From positions 4,464,001 through 4,528,000 of the forward strand of contig NC_043015.1 in assembly GCF_006345805.1 (NCBI RefSeq): 64,000 bases of DNA, given 5' to 3'. Shown in pieces: positions 56,072-64,000 of the stretch. The notes under the pieces were generated by a model, which was not told the DNA's origin, ran no database searches, and worked only from the letters and a program-made list of their open reading frames with translations. The position numbers were made by a program, and so were the translations under genes. Within the stretch, counting starts at the first letter, position 1; the number at the start of each line of letters is the position of its first letter. The DNA is from Octopus sinensis (lineage: Eukaryota).

Positions 56072-56078
<7 letters not shown>
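55185..56078. repeat. Near-perfect tandem duplication, period about 476 bp, with (TA)n at all junctions
   Basis: Units start tactatattatttgttttagtc at 55185 and 55661. The differences I could see are homopolymer-length changes. Confidence 0.95.
55315..55513. mobile_element. ~200-bp palindromic MITE-like hairpin (second copy at 55792-55991)
   Basis: tattataataaattagagacaaaaccactcttatgcaaatc... is reverse complementary to ...gatttgcataacagtggctttgtctctaatttattataata. Confidence 0.8.
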
Positions 56079-56149
<71 letters not shown>

Positions 56150-56153
<4 letters not shown>

Positions 56154-56925
56154 TAACTTAGATAACTTAGATATGTTTCGACCAAAGATTGGTCCAGGCC
56201 ATGTGTGTGTTCAAGTAGTGAGTTCTTGTCGGGTGAGTTGTATCCAATTATGGGTGGCTTATTCTTTGAAGGAATCTATCCAGACTCCGTTTAAAGTTGA
56301 TGGGATCCTTTTCCTCTTTGATCTCCCTCGGGACAAAGTTAAATAGGGCAGCGCCTGTTGAGGAAAAGAAATTATCTTGCAGTGTACATGTATGTTGTGA
56401 TCTTGAATTGGGCAGGGGACGTATGGCCCGTGGTCCCAGTCTTGGATGAACCTTGAAGCTAATGTTAAGGTCGTTTGGGCAAAGTTGGTGGTATATTCTC
56501 CACATCGTACAAGTGATGTACCGCTGGAGACATTAAGGTTTCAAGGCTTTAAGGCGATCCCAATAATCGAGGGCAGCTATGCCTTCAATTCGTTTAGTGA
56601 GTGCCCTCTGGGGTGACTCAATTCTGGAGATGTTTTGTCTTGTATGGGGAGACCACAGTGGGCAGCAGCATTCAAGGTGTGGCCGTACAAAGGAGGGGAA
56701 CAGTCGTATGATGACACCTTGTTCTCTGGACCGGAAAGTTCTTAAGATCCAGGAACTCATCCTACGAGCTATATCGACCTTCTTGTTGATGTGTGCACTC
56801 CAACTGAGATTGTCATCAACAATTACACCCAGGTCTCTGATATTGTTAGAGGCTGTAAGCGGTTCCCCTGAAGGAAGAGAGTATGGTTGTTTTAGTGAGG
56901 AATTTCTTCCAAAGTGCATCAGCTC
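56150..56925 (-). mobile_element. 5'-truncated CR1-clade LINE (RT C-terminus, 3' UTR and short tandem tail)
   Basis: ORF 56533-56919 IRDLGVIVDDNLSWSAHI...VRPHLECCCPLWSPH...LDYWDRLKAL. ORF 56248-56505 ...FKRSLDRFL. Tail (tatctaagt)2. Confidence 0.9.
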
Positions 56926-58069
56926 AAATTATATATACAGAGAGAGAAAGAGAGTGAAAGAGAGAGAGAGGTTGATAGATAGATAGATATAGATATATAA
57001 GCACAGAAGTCAGTGTGTGTTATAAAGTCTCCCTCCAAACCTCTTATACTAATTTAAGAGCAATGGCGGGAATGCAACTGGCTTTGGCTCTATGTTTAAC
57101 CCTATTTCATCAATGGCTTATATTACATCAGTTTCCTTATTTTTGGTATAATCAATAATTGCAACCTTTTTGTGCAGAGTTGTGGTTCCGAAGAACTAGC
57201 TACTTGTAAGTGTCACAATGGAATTGTGAACAAACTCTTGACTCGTAGATTCACTATTTCGTTTATTCTCAGAATTTCTGCACTCTGATCTGTGTACCAC
57301 TAGTAATAGTTCAATCTTCTCTCGTACTGAAATAGACTATATTGCCGATGAATAGAAGGCTTTATAGTTTGTCTTTACATTTTATACATCATTGGCTTCT
57401 TTCCCCGTCATTTCCCTTTCATGGGAGTGGTGTGGTTCACTTTCAATCTCAAACATTATGTGTTTGAGATATGGCTTTTCCACTATCATTTACCTGTTGA
57501 GATTTACCTGTTGAGAATATTCTTGTCCCTAGAAATTATGCTTTATTCTGTCGGTTTAATGTGGATGGCTTTCCAGAGGTCGACATTGATGAGATAGGAA
57601 GGTAGAGAAAGCTGGAAAAAATAGAGATAGATATGCAGAAAGAGAGATGGGGAGAGAGAAATAGAAAGAAAGAGTGAGAGAGATGAGGGAGAGAAGGTGA
57701 GAGTCAGAGAGAGAAAGCAGGGTGAGAAGATGAGAGAAAGAGAGAGAGAATGAGATCAATATAAATGGAAATATAGAGTCGAATGTGGAGATGAGAGAAA
57801 TAGGTGATAAATCGATATAAATACAAATGAGGAAATAAAAGGATCGTTGTCAATAAGGAGAGGTCAATTTAGATATAAAGGAAGAGGTGTAACAAAGAGG
57901 GGAGGCAAGGAGGTAAAATGAGTGAGAGGGATAGATAAATAGATCAATACAATGTAAGTGGAGATGAAGCTACATATGTGAGGCAGCAAAAAATTTCAGT
58001 TTAACACCAGATACGTGATAATAAAAATAAAAATTAACATTCTGTATTCAAGTAGGACACATTAATGTA

Positions 58070-58200
58070 ATCGATCCCAAGACTTATTCTTTATAAGACT
58101 AGTACCTATTTTAGCAGTCTCTTTTACCGAAACGCTAAGTTACGGGGACCTCAACACACCGGCATCTTTTGTGAAGCGATGTTGGGAGGAGAAACACACA
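58070..58200 (-). mobile_element. SINE family A fragment
   Basis: gacttattctttataagactagtacc...cgctaagttacggggacc. Confidence 0.75.
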
Positions 58201-58802
58201 CACGCGCGCGCGCGCGGGCACACATAAAGTCAATCACATTACAAATACATATGAGTGTTTGGCACGGTAGGTGTGAGATTATTTTGCATATATGTATATC
58301 ATCTTCTTCACAACAAATTATAGCAAAGATTTTTATAAACATATTTTCTGTAATCGTTGTAAAAAAAATATAATTCGTATAAATTTGAAATCTCGTAGGT
58401 TATCTTCCTTGTAAGATGTGTTTTCATATAATTTTTCTATCATTTGAATCGGGAATGTGATTAATGCCGATTGAAATCACGGCGGCTTATTTTACTGGCG
58501 CCGAACGCATTAAACACAATGTGATTTTCGCTAGTAACAGTTGAGAAGAATAGGATAAAATGAAATAACGGACATATACTCTCCTCTATATCTGCAGCTA
58601 TATTCAGCAATCAATATGAGGCGAACAAAAAAAATATTATTTCAATGAAATGTGGAGGAAATAAAATAGTAATATCGGAAAATGAAATTCAATGACGAAA
58701 AATTGGCTAGTATTCCACAGATTTATTCAAATCTTAAATGTCACAATATGTATTCAATATAATTTTATCTCAAGAAGAAAAAATACCAGAAGAGAAAACA
58801 AC

Positions 58803-59075
<273 letters not shown>

Positions 59076-59693
59076 TAATGTTTTTTTAAATCGGAATATC
59101 GCTCTTAGGTCTCTACGAATGTTAATAACAAAATGTAGCTCTTTACTAATAATGCCCAATGATAATTTCCAATATACACACAGACACACCTATGATCACA
59201 AACTTATACACATGCAACTATGTAAACGCATAGAAGCATAGACCCATATATACACATAACGGCACTCACAATTCTTTCGGTTGTGGCTTTTATCTAATGT
59301 CTCAGCGTTGTTAGTGAATTTAAGTTTTCGCTATTTGAGTGCTGACATTTCCAAGACATTATGTCACCAGGGTTATTGAACCAGTTTGTAAGGTCTGCCA
59401 AAGTTACCACAGGAGGGCTACTCACAATACAGAGAAATAATAATTATAATCGAATTTTGTTTCATTGAAAATACACCGGAATCGTTTACAGAATGAAGAG
59501 ACAAGAAAACTATCAGGATAATCTTCTGTATACTTGCCATTATAAATACACCTGATATACGTTCACGCACCAACAAATGCGAAAATCATATCGTTATGTG
59601 TATAAGCTTGTATTTGACAAATGTGTGTGCTTATACGATCTAGCATCGGAGACAATAATTCAGTCACATAATTACATATTCGGAAATATATTC

Positions 59694-59738
<45 letters not shown>

Positions 59739-60421
59739 TGTCCGTTGAATTGTTCTTTCCAAGGTAACCTACTACATTATGTTATCACACCTGTTATATA
59801 CTATTATGACTTACTTGTTACTCGTATATTCAGAAACAAATTTTAAAAGGGGAGAGAGAGACTGGAATAATTATATCACATGTACTAATTATCTCACATG
59901 TACTATATCATATCACATGCACAATCATAATATCCTGTCCTATGGAGTTATTCTTAATAACACAGCAGCAGTTGGACACATATACTTAAACAGAAAGTAT
60001 AAACAATCAGATATTTAGAAGAAAGTTAAACATGCACTCCTCTTTCGCTTCCCAGAGTTCACAAAGATATTATCAGATATTAACAGAGATATTATCCTTC
60101 CTGTATCACGATTTACATCTCATTTTTTCAGGAAAGAAAATATGAATGACACCAATCTTCCAAATGTGAAGATAAACTATATATTTTGTTGTATATGATT
60201 GGATGATATTACTTACATCATAATCTGGTATCTTAATTTATTTTAAAATAGAGTATAGCGTTGGAAATTTGAAGTAAAATCATCGACTTTTTGATGGACA
60301 ATTGTAAAGCATTTCTGTTTCCGTTTACGGTTACTAAGTATTCATATGTCGTACGCACATGTATAAATCACAGTTATATATATTTCAATTATTTCAATTA
60401 CATGTGTGTTAGTTTATCCGC

Positions 60422-60804
60422 GTGGAGGCGCAATGGCCCAGTTGTTAGGGCAGCGGACTCGCGGTCGTAGGATCGCGGTTTCGATTCCCAGACCGGGCGT
60501 TGTGAGTGATTATTGAGCGAAAACACCTAAAGCTCCACGAGGCTCCGGCAGGGATGGTGGTGATCCCTGCTGTACTCTTTCACCACAACTTTCTCTCACT
60601 CTTACTTCCTGTTTCTGTTGCACCTGTATTTCAAAAGGCCGGCCTTGTCACTCTCTGTGTCACGCTGGATATCCCCGAGAACTACGTTAAGGGTACACGT
60701 GTCTGTGGAGTGCTCAGCCACTTACACGTTAATTTCACGAGCAGGCTGTTCCGTTGATCGGATCAACCGGAACCCTCGTCGTCGTAACCGACGGAGTGCT
60801 TCCA
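60422..60804 (+). mobile_element. SINE family B, full length
   Basis: gtggaggcgcaatggcccag...gtttcgattcccagaccggg...cgtaaccgacggagtgcttcca, with 3' stem-loops. Confidence 0.9.
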
Positions 60805-61129
60805 TTAGTCTATCCGCACGTACACTCACGAACGCAAACACGTGGACGGGCACACGAAAGCACACATTCACACACACACATTTATTTAAGGAGTTCAGTG
60901 AAATGCTTTAAACAGGAAACAGTCAAAGATATACATTAAGTGTAGTCTCATCCTAGAGATGAATTTTGATTTCCTATATATGTGTGTTTGTATGTATGTA
61001 TGTATGCATGCATGTATGTATGTATGTATATATGTATCTGAACCACATACATATACAGGCAGACTCTCCAAAAGATAGAAATTTCATTAAATCCTACAAT
61101 GCTCCAGTATATTTCTTGAAATTTGCAGA

Positions 61130-61760
61130 AATTAAATTTTCGTCAGTATATTATCAATCCTTTTGCATAAAAGTCATGTTCTTTCCAAAATGTGCTCCAA
61201 ATTGCCTCTGTGGCGTTGGAAGCACCCTCGCATACGTCGCGCAAAATTGCCAATTGCTCGAGCACATTACTTTTGGGGGTTCTCCCTGATTTCTACTCTG
61301 ATTGCCTCCTTCAGTTCCCCAATAGTTTGAGGGTTGTTCTGCTGAATATTTTCCTTGAGATACCACCACAGATAAAAATGTGTGTGCGGGGGGGGGGGTC
61401 AAATCCAGTGAATGCGGTGCTCACTAAACGTCAGACTTCCAGCTGAACAGTCTCTCTTGAAATTGCTCACTCAGTCTGACTACATAATCATATTCGTCTT
61501 CGAACCAATATGAGCCGATGATGATACGTTCAGAGATTGTTTCCCGTGCTGTGCCCTTTGCACAAGACCCATACACTCTCATCTTCTGAACCCAATAAAG
61601 AATTCTGCATTTAATGGAGCATGATGTCACCGAAACTGCCTCTGAATAATTGCTTGCAATGCAGTGTATGGTTATTTGTCGAAAAAGGTCTCCAGCCAAA
61701 AGGCATTTTTTTTTGGTTGAACAAGAATTATTGGAGTAGACTATTGTTGCAATGTTTCAT
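61130..61760 (-). mobile_element. Tc1/mariner transposase C-terminal relic
   Basis: Reverse frames give GTARETI, FQERLFSW and WWYLKENIQQNNPQTIGELKEAIRVEIRE...NFARRMRGCFQRHRGNLEHIL. Confidence 0.8.
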
Positions 61761-61866
61761 GCACAAATCAACTTATGTACCTTGAAATGGAACAGAAGTA
61801 AGATTGAAATTAACAGCTTTATTCAAACATCTGTTCGTTGTGTATTTCTGGAGTCAAAACGAATGT

Positions 61867-62037
61867 GAGGATCGCGGTTTCGATTCCCAGACCGGGCGTT
61901 GTGTGTGTTTATTGAGCGAAAAAACACCTAAAAGCTCCACGAGGCTCCAGCAGGAGGTGGTGATCCCTGCTGTACTCTTTCACCACTCTAAAGGCGGTGC
62001 TCCAGCATGGCCGCAGTCGAAATGACTGAAACAAGTA
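61867..62037 (+). mobile_element. Chimeric SINE: family B head plus family A/RTE-type tail
   Basis: ...ctgtactctttcaccactcta-aaggcggtgctccagcatggccgcagtcgaaatgactgaaacaag. Confidence 0.85.
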
Positions 62038-62249
62038 CAATATATATATATATATATACAAAGAGAGAAAGAGAATTATTTAAATGGATAATTTTAGGGT
62101 AATGCAATATAAGCACATCCTATTGATTGTAATAATATTGTGTGCACCTAATTTGAGTTAATTTACATTTAGTTTATAATTGTTTAATTAGATTTAATTA
62201 GTATTAACATTCTAATCTTAGGGTAATTATAATTGTTTTGAAGTATGTT

Positions 62250-63290
62250 TAGTAAATTGTTTGAATTAAGGGAACTTTACTCATTGTACTCATTTGCCAG
62301 TGGATCCACTATTAACTGTACCCATTTCGTGCCAATATATTCTCTTAAATTATCTAAGTAATGATAGGAGCTATTTAGCTTTAATGATTATGTAATGCAT
62401 ATTAAGCATATATAGTATACTCTGGCAGCTTGTGAGTTTTATTAATTGATATTTCCTAACATGTGATTTGGTCTTGAATATTAACCGCCTAATTGTAAGT
62501 GTGTTTATAACTGCACATTGTAATGTACCTAGCTGCTTTAAAGAGTCACTGGATTACTTGTACTAGTTATCACCCCTTAACTAAAACCCGAGGCTACTTA
62601 CTCTTCCACCGTTCTTTCATGCATGTTATAATATTAAGCTACTGAAGGACATAAGAGGCCTCACTCCACTTATATCATTGTCTTCTCCCCATAGCTATTT
62701 TTATTGACATATCCACTTTAACAGTTTTATATTGTGACCGTGTTTCAAATTATAACTGACCAATTGTAGAGACCCCTGGATTAAACTTGCCCTATTGTAA
62801 ACCATGGGTGGGATTGTCGGTAATATTTCCATCAGTACACTCCAGTTACCCTACTGTAATAATTTGGATACATTCAAACTTGAGGTTACTTCGTTAGCAT
62901 AGGTACTGCCCTATGATAATCTTGTTAGTAAGCTTCTTTGTATCTTATTTTGATAACTTCTTTCCATAATTTTTTTAAAATCTTCCAGCTCCAAAATTGA
63001 AACTAACCGTACATGAATTTTAGTACTCCCTAGACCATTGCTTGTTCACTGTTTTACCTACGGACCTCGGAGGCCCAATATAGTAGATTATATGTTTTTA
63101 ATATGTTGGCCATGTTTTCTTTTCTGTTCCTTCTTCCCTTCCTTTATATTGGATGATCTTGTTTTCTACTCTGATGAAGCCTCGTGACTTAATTCGAATA
63201 TCCTATGGAGATGAAGGATATTATTTTCGCAATTACTTATAGAGAACGTTTGGCAACAGATGCGGAAACGGCCGTAATTTGTTACGTCAC
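62250..63290 (+). mobile_element. Heavily decayed Penelope-like element 3' part with a pLTR and HHR-like motif
   Basis: With frameshifts: LLVL-YHPL (about 62555-62580), CRDP..KTCP (about 62766-62795) and LR..R*HR (about 62880-62905). Then CTGATGA at 63171 and GAAACGGCCGTA at 63265. Confidence 0.4.
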
Positions 63291-64000
63291 CTATTTGTTG
63301 TGGCATGCCTGTATTAAAAAGTATACTATAAATATGATTCTATATCAATGCATTTGTTAATCAGAGGTTTTCTCCATTTTCTGATTGTTTGTGCGTATAT
63401 ATATATACACACATATATATTCCATTTCTGCTACGCTTGAAAGAGGTTGTGTGCACGAATATTTTTGGTAAGGAAGCATATACATCATTATGTTTGTGTC
63501 TGCGCATACGTGCTTGCGTAAATTTTCTCTTGTTTTATTGTATACCTCTTTCTACATCTGGACTGATCTTTCCATAAGCATCAACATTAATTTTCTCACT
63601 CTTAACGCTTGTATGTTCTGAAAAGGTCAAATATAGTGCACTTCATATTCAAAGCTCTGATGTAGCTATAGGATGTCTCCCAAAGAAATGTTCCCTACAT
63701 CGTATAGCAGAAAGAGCTGTCAGCTAATGAATTTCATTACATAGCGTTGGTATTTCTTCGGTGTCATTTATTTACTCGCATATGGATGTGTGCGTGTGTG
63801 CGGTGTGTGTGATAGTGTTTATATAAGCAAGTATATCTACGGAATGAGTTTTGTTGCGATACGCAGTGTTTTTGCAAAATGTATTGTATAACCATAAAAT
63901 TCCTTCACCTTAATTTTCATGAAATCCCTCTAAACAGAAAGGAGTTGGAAATTTCAAAGGCTGGCTATGACTAAATAATGGTAGACCTATGACAGTTTAC

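Overview
AT-rich, microsatellite-saturated eukaryotic DNA that looks intronic or intergenic. The SINE, mariner and microsatellite content points to an octopod cephalopod (Octopus-like); this is an inference. I recognise no host protein-coding gene, and most ORFs in the supplied track are translations of (TA)n/(CA)n/(TATC)n repeats. The window is a transposon graveyard: tRNA-derived SINEs of at least four families, about ten Tc1/mariner relics, two Tx1/L1-like LINE relics, a CR1-like LINE 3' end, two Penelope-like element (PLE) relics and several foldback/MITE elements. The most interesting signal is a set of hammerhead ribozyme (HHR) motifs. One type I HHR with an intact core lies in a ~260-bp cassette between (TA)n tracts (24241-24320). 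Two related foldback elements (1-337 and 45749-46436) carry a small HHR in each arm, so one in each polarity. Further decayed HHR-like motifs occur at ~54.6 kb and ~63.2 kb. All alignments and folds were done by eye.
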